Origin: Trichosphaerium sp. ATCC 40318
Lineage: Eukaryota > Protista > Tubulinea
DNA length: 64,000 nucleotides
NCBI GenBank assembly: GCA_038496445.1
Contig: JALMLS010000631.1
Span: forward strand, 145,388-209,387
Direction of reading: 5' to 3'
Position 1 is the first letter of the stretch. Each line of letters opens with the position of its first letter. Shown here in pieces: positions 48,593 through 61,200 of this stretch. Below the pieces are notes generated by a model. It did no database searches and had not been told where the DNA came from. It saw nothing but the letters and a program-made list of their open reading frames with translations. A program made the translations under genes and the position numbers.

Positions 48593-49371
48593 TGGCCGCA
48601 CCGTTATTTCAAGAGTTCGTACTAGCGCGTCACGTGGATGTCTACAGCCACGTGATTCTGTGCGTGCTTTTTCGCAATTCAATGTTTTGAAACAGTTTTA
48701 TTGTTCGTGTACGACAAAGACAACTACGAGATGGTTCTGGTCTTATATGTAGGATATCCGAATGCGACTTTCAGCTTGAGTTTTAAGATTAGCCAGAGCC
48801 AAGATATACGAAAATTGTTGAGTTTTCTATGCAACAACGCTTTGCAATGTGTCGTTTTAGAAAATGGCATGAAACTCGCACAACTTTCGTTCACTGTTGT
48901 AAAGCAAAATACGGGGTACAAAATAGAACACCACGCAGCATAGTCAATTGTTGTATTTTAAGCTTTTGGGCAAAACAGTAACTCGAGTTTTTTTGTGGAA
49001 ACGAGTTCTAAAAAATTCGTAAAATCTTTTTTATTGGCGTTTTCAATTTTGGTGTACCTTTTTTTAAAGTTTGCTCGCCCAATTTACGTAAAGAAAAGTA
49101 AACGAGAGATGCAAGGAGGAAAAAAAAACCCAAAAAGTTTCTGACTTTATCTTCCAAATACGGCGGTTTCGTTAGGTACTTCGAATTGGTACATGGTAAA
49201 TGCGTAGACGCTTTTCAAGCTATTCTAAGGCAATCCAAAGGAAGTCCGGCGAGATGGCCCCTGAACCACAAAACCTATGAGGGGTTGGCGCAAGTTGATT
49301 ATCTACGCGTTGAAGTGTGTCTAGAGTATTGTAGAGAAAACGAGTTTTATTTATGTTACCCTTTCGTTTGA
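48593..49371 (+). CDS. Possible hypothetical multi-exon protein
   Basis: Open exon-like frames at 48701-48943 and 49177-49371, the latter after a ttag acceptor. No motif recognised. Confidence 0.25.
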
Positions 49372-49426
49372 CGCCTTTTCATCGATGCGTTTAATATTAC
49401 AGTCTTATATACAATAACTAACACTA

Positions 49427-50000
49427 TTAAAAGCGTCGGTTTGGCATAAACTCGAATAGAGTTATTTGCCCCGGAACATCATTGTAGTTCATTGTCACGC
49501 TGAATTCATCCAATTGGAATCGGCCAGATGTTCGAGTAGCGTTTATGGATGCAATTGCGTTTTGGTTTTCTTCGGATGCCGTTAGACGCCTTTTTACGCT
49601 AAACCTTGACGCTGCGAGTACATTAAAAGGGTGATTGAACAAAAAGCGTTTCGCAAATAAGAAAAAACGATATTACGCTTTTAATTGTAAATCTCGTTGT
49701 GCGTACTGCATTGTGCGTATGTCGTTATTCTCGATGAACCGGCGCCAACGTGTATTTGTTGTGTTTGTTCGATTTGACGTGAAGGATTTAGTAATTGTGA
49801 TATATTCATTCTGTATGGCTAAGTTGTTGCGTGGGTGACTGTGAGGAAAACGTTTTAGCTAAAATTGTACTTTTCGTTAAGTACACTTCCGCAAATACGA
49901 AAACGGCGTCTGAAAATATTCGATTTTTATCGGGCTGTGGAGAAGCGAGATACACAAATTTGTCGGGTGTTTCAGCTTGTTTTTTGCTGTGTCCCATCTT
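49427..50000 (-). CDS. Possible hypothetical multi-exon protein (3' exons; start not located)
   Basis: Terminal exon-like frame 49427-49642 and upstream open segments ending at gtacgc donors (~49706). Confidence 0.25.
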
Positions 50001-51024
50001 TAGCAACCAAAAAAAAAAAAAAGGAAAGATACAAAGATGAACTTTTTTTAGAATTGTGGGCATTTCACCCAAAAGTTTTACATTTTCATACAGAGTAAAG
50101 GGGTCTTAACAGTAAAATTGTAAAAAACTATCGTTTCAGATAATTTGCTGAGTGCATTACGCTCTTACGAAAAGGAGTCTTAAAAATAAAAGTTCAAACT
50201 AAAACCTAGTGCCAGTCATGTACTGATTTGTTTTTACATATCCCAAACTTTAAAATAATCAAATATTGGGAAAAAAAAACCAACCCGGATTACCTGTACA
50301 TGTAGAAGAATCCTTTAGTGTGCCGTTTGAAAAATATCGCTTCATACAGCCAACCGCCGCAAAAGGAATGTGCTAGGTAAAAGTGACAACATCCTTTGTA
50401 ACTGTAGTTGCATTAGCCCGCTGTAATCCAACTTTGGTTTTGTACGTTATATTAGGATGTAGCTGGGTGTTTAAACAACCAGTTGTTGGACACTTTCTTC
50501 CGCTTGACACTGTTTTTGAGTCGAAGTCACTATTAGACAACTTTCTTTTTTACCTTGGCGACAGGAACCAATATCTAGTAGTTCGGAGTTTGGTTTTGCG
50601 TTTTTGGGTACTGTTAGTCATTTGAAGCACACAGAGCATGTGCAATATATGTAAGAATGCTACGTTTGATTTACGGCGTATTAGCCGCTTATATCAGCGT
50701 ACATCTTTCTTAATGTTGTTAAAAGGAAAAACTTTGCGCAATTTCCCAAAAAAAGAACTCCTAACTATTTTGGTTTGAAATCAAAAAAATACGCAATCTC
50801 GCGTCGCTATCCTTTAGAATGGGTATTAGCGCCTCAAAACAACAAGATTGCACAAAAAAACTTTCTGAAAAAAACAAAAAAAAAGAATCAACGATGAGCA
50901 ATTTAGAGATAAGTACTACCATTTAAATTTACACAGAGAGATTTCTTTTTCCAAAAAAAAAAATACCAAGCCAAAAAAAGACAAACGAAGAAAAGTTTTT
51001 CCGCTGAAGGCATTTTCTCTTTTT

Positions 51025-54000
51025 TTAGTCCGAAGGTAATGCATTGTGTTCTTGTGATTCAGCGGTTAGTCTTTGTCTTCCACTTCTATTATTACGTTTT
51101 ATAATAGTGGCCTATTGAGTATATTAGTATGGGAAATACAACAGAGTGTTATAAATAGTACAGCTTGTGCTAGATCCCAACGTGTGATCATGCCTCTCAC
51201 TCCGTTATATACATCAGTTACTACCAAATGACGCAGTCCCATTGTCCTGAAAACTCTAAATACCCTTGATAGAGAACAACTCTCTTTAACTTGAAATGGG
51301 TTCCTGTGCATATCTAAAAAGTTAAAGTAAGCTAATAGGATTCACTACCAACAGCGATGATAATCGCAGAAGCCAAAAAAACAAAGTTTTTTATCCTCGT
51401 AAGGATTTGACTTCGTACAAGGCTTTAGGGTTATCCATGACTCCAGAGAGCTATCTGGAACTTCTATTTCTTTAATGGTGAGGAATCTAGGATAGTCTTC
51501 GCTAAAATCAGCCAAATCGATGCTAAACAAAATATCATTACAAATAAGTCACAATTGTGAAAAATTAAATGCTCATAGCTTACGGTTGATAGTAATTTCT
51601 GCGTATGCTCCCTGTGTCAGAAACAAATGCTCCTTTTTTAAGTAGAGTAATAAGCTGAGTCCTCAGAATAATACCCAAGAATGTATTACCAGCATCAACA
51701 ACAGGAAATCCATTGTGATCTGTATTTTTTAATACCTTCACAAAAAAAGTCAAACACAGAAAAAGTGGTTGTTACTGTACGCACTTGAATAACATTTTTC
51801 ACCTTTACAGATTCTTTGAAACAAACAACAGGTGTTGCCATTATATCCTGAGCACGATACTTACGTGTGAAGTACTCAGGTTCCCATTCTAGCAACGGTA
51901 TATGCTTCAACTCAATATGAATATCATAGAGACCTAGAGAAGGTTTTAGTAATGGGTTTGAAGAGAAAACATTATTTTTGTAAATGTAACAGTCAAAACC
52001 TCAGCAAAACAAAACCATTTTCGTACCTTCATTAAAATAATCACCAACCCATTTAGCAACCTAATAAAGTATTTAGTTTAAACCTCCATCAGCAGCACAA
52101 AAACAAATTTGGGTTGTTATTGGTGAAAAATTTAGTGTTAAAGATACGCAATTTTAATCAAGTTGATTGAGTATTCATGGTTTAATAGGTATGTAAAAAA
52201 GTTTATAAGTGAATACGAATGTACCATGAGAGTAACCATTATTGGTAAACCGTATGTAATATCATTGGTTGATTCTAGTAATATAACACAAAGCGATATA
52301 GTCATCCTTTAAAACAGAAGGAGTCAAACACGAGTTTACAACAATAGCCAATTGCACTTACCGCACAACACCTCCCAACATTGCAGCTGCACCTATCAGA
52401 GCGAAAGTACCTGCCTCAATATCCCAAGTTTCAGGTAAATACTCCTTCAGTATGTTGCCTAAGGTACGACTAATTAGACTCGAAAAACTGTCATAATATT
52501 TCGGTAAATAATGGTACCCATAAGCCTTCCCATTGAAGCTCCTACTAGAATTGTAGGTACAAATAAACCAGAAGGAACAGAGACACCATAAGTCCACGTT
52601 GCAAGGAAAAAATAGAATGCAAAGAAAACTAGCAGAGTAGTTTTACTGTAGGCATCCTCATTGTGAAACAAGCTACGTATGGCATCCTATGGGTATTAGT
52701 TAGTTTTTGTAGCTATTCTTGCACAACTGCACCTCTTGTGTTGTAAAGAAAATATTAGCCATATCGTTGTAAGTTCCTGGTGGACAGTAGAATTCATGTG
52801 TATTTGTAGATACGCGACTAGAAAAAATAAGTTAGTTACATGCTGGACATGGTCGGTGATTTGTAGTGGACTACAATTCAAGGAGTTAAACAAGCGTATT
52901 ACCCGCAATCGTGAAAGTAGTAAGACAACATAAATGAGCACGTGCTTGTTACTGCAGCTACCAAAAGTGCCTTAAGATAATGATTAGCTAAAAATAAATT
53001 GAATGAACTTGAGCTCACCTCTGCGAATTTGAGATAACCTTTTTTAATGTATCGCATACGAAACTGTGTTAGACGTAGATTAATAACATTAAACAAAGCT
53101 CCACCGAATCCACCGAGTACACCTATATCACAATTATTATTTGATACGTAAATAGTAGAATTGACTAAAATGGAAATCAATGTACCGAGTAAGATAAAAA
53201 AAGGAAATTGTTGAACTTTATATCCATGATGTTTTTGTGTTGTAAAAGTGCCAAAATCGATCAATCCATTCTGTGATAATGCACCCCACTTACCAACAAC
53301 ACCTGTTTTTTTAGGTGTAAATATTGTACTCGCAATGACAGGTATTTACTAAATTTGGGTCGTACCGGATAGTAAAAGATTCAAGGTAAAAGTTGATACC
53401 ATTGAGCAAAAAAATGTACGCCACGTAAGTGCTTGATTCCAAAAACTAGATCCTTCTTCTAGAGAAAATAACACACCACCAACGGGTGCCCCAAAAGCCG
53501 CTGCTACACCAGCCGCTGCGCCTGTTACAGAATTAGAAAAAATGTCTAAAACTGACTCAAAAACATTACCTCCAGACACAAAATCACGTTTTTCTTGATC
53601 GATTCGGAAGGATTTGCCCAGCCTAGTATCTATAGGAAATGATGAAGCTTTTCCTTGGCTAACACCACCAGCAATAATTGCTCCTGAATGGATCATTGGC
53701 CCCTTTAAATTTTTCGTTAACAAAATACGAGACGTATTCGTATTCGTTGTGTTAGAAAAAGAGTGTACCTCTTTTCCAACAGCTAACCCACCAGCAACTG
53801 AAAAAAGAACGCCAACTGCTTTTGCCACAAGAGTTTTAAAGCGAATGACGTTTGGTATTTTAATACCATTCAAATAGCACTAGAAATAGCATGTGAGAAT
53901 ACAATACTTAGGCAGAGCGTTTCTCGCTTTTTGGGGTTTGTCCTATTTTCTTACTTTAATTTCTGGGATACCTGAGCCACCTGCAATAGGCTCTATGAAT

Positions 54001-54617
54001 GATACAAGAAACGCAGCGACAGATACAAGCGCCATATTAATACCTATTGACAACATTTAGCGAAAACGTCAAAACACGTGATAGTAATAGATGTACGAAC
54101 CTACATAAGCAAAAAATGGTAGATACAGACAGTCATCACAATCTACAGCTACTAAAATGAAGTTAATTAGGTTTTGCACGTAGTTATAACCCGTACTCTT
54201 ATTAATAAGGCTAAATTTTACTTTGGCTATCTTTTGTATTATAAAATCGATAAGGAAAGCAACAATTGCTGTTAAAAGACCAACAATGAATGCTATTACC
54301 CATCGCGCTACAGAAATGTTTCTAAAAGCCTAAGACATGTCAATGACAAATTCAACTTCGCTATTTGTACACTGCGCGTCTTAGTACCACGCTTCTTGTC
54401 GCTCAGATCATTTTCTATTGGATCGTAGTCCAAAGACTGTAAAAACGTTAATCATTACGTATCTACGCATCACAACCTCGTATTCCTTGTTGGCGTGCGC
54501 ATTAATGTGATGGGCGCTTGACTTGTGGAAAGAATGTTGCTGTAGCCTACTTGTAGGTCCAGGGCCCATGGCAAATGGCCCTTGGCCACTAATGTCATTA
54601 GGTACAATGGTGGCCAT
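51025..54617 (-). CDS. CLC chloride/proton exchanger, CLC-6/7-like, with two CBS domains
   Basis: [81 protein letters not shown]. Confidence 0.95.
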
Positions 54618-54876
54618 TGAATACACTGAATAAGAAACTTGAATTTCAACTGCAAGTCAAACTCCAACAAAACCTTGCGTGCAATTTTTAAAATTACAGT
54701 CGGTTTTGCGTAAATAGAGACGTCATGTTATTCATTTACCGCCTCAATAAAACAACTTTTTTTTATACAAATGTCAATAAGAAATTATCAACTTGTGCAT
54801 TCAATGGTTGTTTTTCAATACAACATAAATATTAGTACTAGCTCTTACAGCAATGGTTTGTTAATTGGGTTTTTTT

Positions 54877-55689
54877 TTAGGCGGCTGGAGTTTCATCACC
54901 CTTTTTCTCTTTTAGGTTTAATTTGATCTTATCAGCGAGTTCTTCGAGTGCTTCTCTGATACCTTTTGGGAATTAGGAGGCGAGTCGCAATAAAAGAAAT
55001 TCCACTACGCACCATCGCCAGTTTTAGCTGAGATAGCAGCGCAAATAGCAGTACGCGAGCTAGAGTAACTTTGTACGTCTAGAGCTTCGCCAATTTCTGA
55101 ATCTGTTTTTGCGCCATCAATGTCCTGTTTGTTTGCAATGACAAACACAAGAACACCTATCAACGTTAGAAAATACGATTAAAACTCGCAATAATTTTTT
55201 TGCAAAGCGAAAATACGCAATTTACCAACCAAAAAGTCATTTTTTACTCACCTGCAAGGTTAGGGTCTCTCATCGCCTTTGAGAGTTCCTTTTTCGACTC
55301 TTCAAGCCTCTCTTCATCGGCAGCATCTACAACCCAAATGACTGCATCAGGTACGTTGTCCTACGCTACAATTAAGGCGCGCAAAGGAAGATCTTCACTG
55401 GTGCTTTTGTTTCACGCGTACTTGCGAATAATAGTATTTCCAAAGACTTCTGGTACTCTCCTTTCCAGATATGTCCCAAACGTTGAATTTTACGCCTTTT
55501 ACTTTCAAGTTGTATATTTTATAGGCCTCTGTTGGTTCCACAGAGATATCCTGCTTCGGGTTCATGTACTTGTGTAAAAATGTGGTCTGTAAAGCTTGAT
55601 CAGAAACGATCACTTATTAGGTGCTACATTACCTTTCCAGCACCATCAATGCCAAGAACAAGTATTCTGCTATGTACAGCGCCACCCAT
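54877..55689 (-). CDS. Divergent Arf-like (Arl) small GTPase
   Basis: MGG N-terminus, LGIDGAGKTT, WDISGKESTRSLWKYYY, WVVDAAD..RL.ES, ANKQD, SAKTGDGI. Confidence 0.9.
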
Positions 55690-55812
55690 GTTGTTAGTTT
55701 GGTAGGTTTTTGTGCAGTAAAAAAACAACGGTCACATAATTTCCAAAAACAAAAAAAAACAAGTATATTTTCATCTTCTGACACCCTCTGTTTTGGTAAA
55801 AACACTCACATT

Positions 55813-58132
55813 CTAGTTTACTACATTACAACGTTCTTCGTATGCTTTCCAAGCTGCGTCTTTGTACTTTTCAGCTGCTTTGTCCGGTGCGTCAGATTGC
55901 GTCACTCCTCGCCCAACGATGATGATATCAGCGCCCTGGTTTCTGCACGAAGTTAGATTACACTTTTACGTCGTTTTGGAGTTCTTACACTACTATCGAT
56001 GGAGTCCTGTAGTTTTGACCCATTTTGTCACCCTTCTTCGCTAGGTGCACGCCAGGAGTCATGTTGAGGAAACCCAAGTCGTCCTAGGAAAGAGTTAATA
56101 ACGCGACCGGTACACTTTTTATTCGTGAAACGCGATAAAATTATAACGTAAAATTAGTGTATGTCTTACTTGAGTGGAACCAACGCCACTTTGACAGATA
56201 AATCCAATCACAAAATCTTTGTTTTCGCGAGCAGTTGTAAGCGAAACCTCCGCCGTTTTTGTATTAGTATTAGCGTCTTGCGTAGACATATGCGCTATGA
56301 GCAAACATGCACGATCTGGGAGACCTAAAACAGTGTTAAATTTTGTTTCTTCCCGAAACAGACAAACATAGTAGTATTTGTACCTGGTGTATCCTTAAGC
56401 GCTGTAATACTCTGGGCACCACTTACTACATGAGCATTGGTTATATCTGCCCAAGAAGAAATTTTGTAAACTCCGCTAGAGTACTATGTGTCCTTGGTTA
56501 TTTATCGTACTGGAAAACGGGATATTCCGTACTTGATGTTTTACGGTATTCCCAATATCGGCGAATTTGCGGTCTTCGAATATTAAAAAATCGTGCTTAA
56601 TAGCTAAAGCGCGAAGACTGAGTACAAATTCACGATCGAAATCCTCTATGATATCTACGTGAGTCTTGAGGATAACAATATGCTGTCCAATGGATTCCGC
56701 AAGAGCCAAAATTTTGGTCTTGTCTGTCAAATCCGCAGCAACGCATAGAGTTGTTTTCTTCGTCTGTGAATGACTTGTAAGCATTACGGATTACGTTGGG
56801 CTCTGTAAAACGCACCTCCATGAGTTGGAAGAGTCTCTTGGCGACAGCATTTTGTGCTAATGCCACGCGGTCCGAAAAACGAACGTTTCTTAATACAGAC
56901 TTGTTTGCGTAAGGCGCAGGAACTTTGTTAGCGCTAAGCCATTCAGTAATTTCTTTAGCTACGACAGTGTCACTATTTTTCAGTAGGAAGGTAAGTGGTG
57001 ATTGTACCTTTTTCAGGAGCTAGTTTCTTGTGTTTGATGAGAATAGCTACTACCTCAGAGATTGTACATAATGAGTACAAGTTGATATTTTTTGCTTTCA
57101 AGTGTTGTCTTCCTCCTTGTTCGCGATCAATTACAACCATTGCTTCAGACGCAAGAAGACCCTTTATAAATAAGCTTATTTAAAATGGCTCGTATTTTGC
57201 GCAACCAAATACCTCTGAGTTGAGTAAAGCGGTAGTTTCGAGTACGCTAGCACCACTGGTAACGATATCTTCAACAATAATGCACGTGTCACCATTTTTA
57301 AAAGTTCCTTCTATTTGCTTTTTCGTTCCGTATGCTTTTTTCTCCTTACGTGTTATAAGCATAGGTAACTTGCATTCTTGGGATATGAGTGTTGCCAAAG
57401 GCAACGCAGTGTATGGAACACCAACGAGTTTAGTGTTTTTCTCTATGCGAACGCGTAAGTTGAAGTGGAAATGTCAAAAATCAATTGGCAATAAAATGGA
57501 AATAAAAAGAGGTGATTGCGTCGTGTGTTGTCCGTATGATTACAACCAGTACATATCACAACTGCGAACAGTACTGGTGTATGAAATACGAAGTAGTTTT
57601 CTTCTATGCATGCAAATTATTCTCTAGCGATCACAACAATTGCTGACACAAGCCAATATCAGCACTGCGGTGTGTCTGACAATTGGGCAAATGTACGCAC
57701 AGACTTATTTACACTGCAGTGTAGAGCGTTTTGTTGAACAACACAGTGACTCTGGCACCGGTATTTTGAGTTTAGAAATGTTTTTTTAAAGCGTGTAAAC
57801 ACACTCGTAGATTAATTGTGGGCAAGTGCCAATCTCTTAGTGATTTCTTACCGTCATAGCCCGCCGATTTCTCAACAAAATTATTCCACATCAGAGTACA
57901 TATTTTATGCATCAATGCTGGGTGGCATGGCAATAGGCGTCTTAGTTTGAATAGTCAGCATTTCTCGAAAGAGTTAAAGTTTTTTAAAACGTACAAATCT
58001 ACGCGCTGGTTAGTGGGAAACATGTGCGAAACGCGTACCAATGTAAAATGGGGAAACAACACCACTTTTTAGCACAAACGAGCCAAACTTTACTGCGCCT
58101 ACGTTAAACAGTTCAATTAGTGCCTCTTCCAT
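55813..58132 (-). CDS. UMPS: Bifunctional UMP synthase (OPRT-OMPDC)
   Basis: [100 protein letters not shown]. Confidence 0.96.
57525..57700 (-). ncRNA. Candidate intronic box H/ACA snoRNA
   Basis: Lies inside the 409-nt UMPS intron (57443-57851). Hairpin caattg..gacaca/tgtgtc..caattg, then ANANNA (AGAGAA/AGAATA), then hairpin cgtat..accagtac/gtactggt..atacg, then gACA. Confidence 0.5.
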
Positions 58133-58228
58133 TGTATATGATGGTTTTGAGATTACACTTAAGAAAAAGTGTTAAGTTTTCTCTACAGCGATTGTTTGTT
58201 TCTCTGTCCCTCTGGTTTATTCGTTTCG
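58133..58228. promoter_or_regulatory. Compact bidirectional promoter region between UMPS and the POP polymerase
   Basis: Only 96 bp separate the two divergent ATGs (58132 on -, 58229 on +). Confidence 0.55.
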
Positions 58229-61200
58229 ATGTTGCGATTCGTTAGAGCGAATAAAATCGCTTGCAAGCGAACACGGGCTCCAAATCGAACTCATTGGCGT
58301 GTTTCTGCTCGTAGACGTTACTGTACTCTACAAGAGGCAAATAACGATGAACCAGTAGCCGAAATTGAGCAGACAAACGAAATAGTTGAAGAGGTCCAAG
58401 ACACGTTTGAAAAGGTCTTGGCGCCCGACTTGGAAGGTGTAGAGATACTACCACCTATTGCAGACGACCCAGCTAATGAAATTATTGCCGACGCGCCTGT
58501 ACAGACACATACACCTGTCATTCCAGAACCGTCGCGTAAACCACTAGACATCAAGGCCGCACAAGGTACTTTGAACTCAGAATAAGATAACTTCATTTTA
58601 ACGCTTTTCGCTGTCAGATCAAGTACTTCTAATAGATGGTCTTGGCTTCCTGTGGCGAGCATTTTACGCCAAAACAGGTAAAATTGAGACACCTCAGGGA
58701 GAGGACGCAAGAGCTTTTCATGGTTTTATGCAATCATTGTTTAAGCTGCTTAAAGTGTGTCCGTCTGGTTATGTTGGTAAGTTAGTCGCTGATACTGTGA
58801 GACTGGGGTAGTGCTGATACAGATTTTTAGTTGTTTGCTTGGATGCTGGAAGAAAGAGTTTCAGGAATAGGTTGTATCCACCTTACAAGAAAAATAGGCC
58901 ACCAAAGCAGCACCTCATACAGAAACAACTTGTTTTTGTCAAGGAAGCACTTCGTGAATTGAATATTGCAGTTGCGTAGTGTTCTTTTTGTGGACAAAAA
59001 CTCTTTCTATGAAAATTTGACACATCATTTCATTTTTTCGTTTGACACATTGCATAGTATGTCGAAAAATCAAATTATGAAGCAGATGATATTATTGCTA
59101 CTATTGCAAAGGAGGCTGTATTTGCCGGAAAGAAGGTAAATTTATATTTGATTTTAATGCATAGTGATCTAAACCTATACAGGTTATTATTGCTGGTAAA
59201 GACAAGGATCTCATGCAACTTATTGATGAAAAAGTGCAACTATATGACTCTGGAAAATTTTATGGTAACAAATTTTGGTGTTAGATTCAAGGAAGCTGAC
59301 TTTATTTAAAGGTCCTGAGGAAGTACGCAATAAATTCGGTGTTGAACCTCAACAGTTACCGGATTTCCATGCACTTGTAGGAGATAGTGCTGATAACAGT
59401 ATGTTGTCGTCAATTCAATTAATCTTAATGCGTTTGTTAGTACCTGGAGTACCTTCTATTGGTAAAAAGGGCGCAGCTCAATTAATTTGTGAGTTTGGAG
59501 ATCTTGACACCTTGCTGGGTAATCTGGCAGAAGTAAAGGATCCTAAAAAGCGAGAGAGGTAATTAGTTTTTTTAGGATAGTAGAAGAATAAATTTAATTT
59601 ATACTCTAGGCTTAAAGAAAATGCTCGTATGTTAGAGCTTTATTATGAACTCGCTCGATTACGTCGTGATATTACCTTACCTGCACTTGAGAATCTTGTT
59701 GCAAATTTTAACGGAGAAGCTGGAAAAAACCATTTCGAGTTTTTCAACTTTAAACATTTTTTCAAGCCTTTGGATATGTTGAATGAAATATACAAACAAA
59801 TACGACCTGTTGAAGATCGCAAAGAAGTCATGCTTCAAGAAGAACTTGATGCTATATATGAAGCCGACGATCTCACAGACGAATCGCCGAGAGAGTTTGT
59901 TGCCATGGAAGTACGTTAATTTTTTTAGTCGCTTCAGCGCCTTGCCCTTATCTCGCTTAGAAAGCAGCTGCGACTGAAGGTCCTTCGTTATATCCTACTC
60001 TTGATCAAGTGGATCTTTTCCAAGGTGAAAAGACGGAAGGTAAAGCAACACCGGTGTCGGATATGCCAGTACCAGAGAAAAACAAACAGGTAGCTATCAC
60101 CTGTGTATATCCTTCAATTAAATATTACTAGCTACCTGATATGCCTCCTGTAAGATCAAATGGTTTCCCACAGGATCATTGGGATATCATGCATGACAAA
60201 CAGTATCAAAAGAGTCTCTTTAAGCGTATTGCTAGAGGTACTGTTTCAAGGTGTTTTTGTTATCATTCTAAAACTATTAACTAGATTGGAAGCCTGCATA
60301 CAAAAAAGTGAAGGGAGTAACAATAGTCAATGATAAGAAATCCGCAGAAAGGGTGATAAAGATGCTATATGAGTACAAAGACAGGTAAATACTACGACTA
60401 TTTACGACTCTGACAATACATAGATATCATGCTTGTGATACTGAGGCAATTGGTTTGGATTTGAAAAAAATGAACGCTGTTGGATCTGGTGTTGTTTTTG
60501 CTGCTTCAATATACCTCGGTAAGTTTACTTTAGTTTCATACATCTGATGATCCTGTTAACTAAGTTGTTAGGACCTGATTTGGACTTTGGAAATGGACCA
60601 AGAATTTTTATTGACAATCTAGACCGCGCTAATGGTACCCTTGAGCTTTTCAAGGATTACTTTGAAGATGAAGAAATCCTTAAAGTGTGGCACAACTATT
60701 CCTTTGATAGGGCAGTTTTGTATAATCATGGTATACTCTGTGAGGTAATGAGGTTCTTTATTGTCTTTTAAAATCTTACGTTTTGTTACAGGGTTTGGGC
60801 GCTGATACTATACATATGGCAAGGTTGTATGATACTTCAAGAGATTCATTTAGTTTGGAGTCTCTTTCAAAGGTTTGTAAAAAATCTTTAGTGTCAGAAA
60901 TTCATTACGTTGTTAATAGGATTTACTTGGCTCAAAAGAGCATAAAAGAAGCATGAAAGACCGATTCTCCGAACCTAAGAAGGAAGGATCAAAGATGATG
61001 GTTCTTCCTGAGTTGGATGATTTACAGCGCAACCCAGAAAAAGTAGAAGAATGGATAGGTACGCATTATTTTCTGACAATACGGTCGAATTAATATTCTT
61101 GTAGACTATTGTACTTTGGATACAGTTGCTACTTGGGAACTTCGAGAGAAACTTGAGGTACTATACGTACCTGCTTAACTCTTGTTCTTACTCAGTTAAA

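Noticed and set aside
57400-58132. Apparently N-terminally truncated UMPS in the ORF track
   Set aside because: The N-terminus is present in three upstream exons, including the 4-nt microexon, beyond a long intron.
60089-60131. ATATCCTT as a U12-type donor in the POP gene (a similar word occurs at ~43132)
   Set aside because: Both lie inside ordinary GT-AG introns whose canonical donors already give the correct frame.
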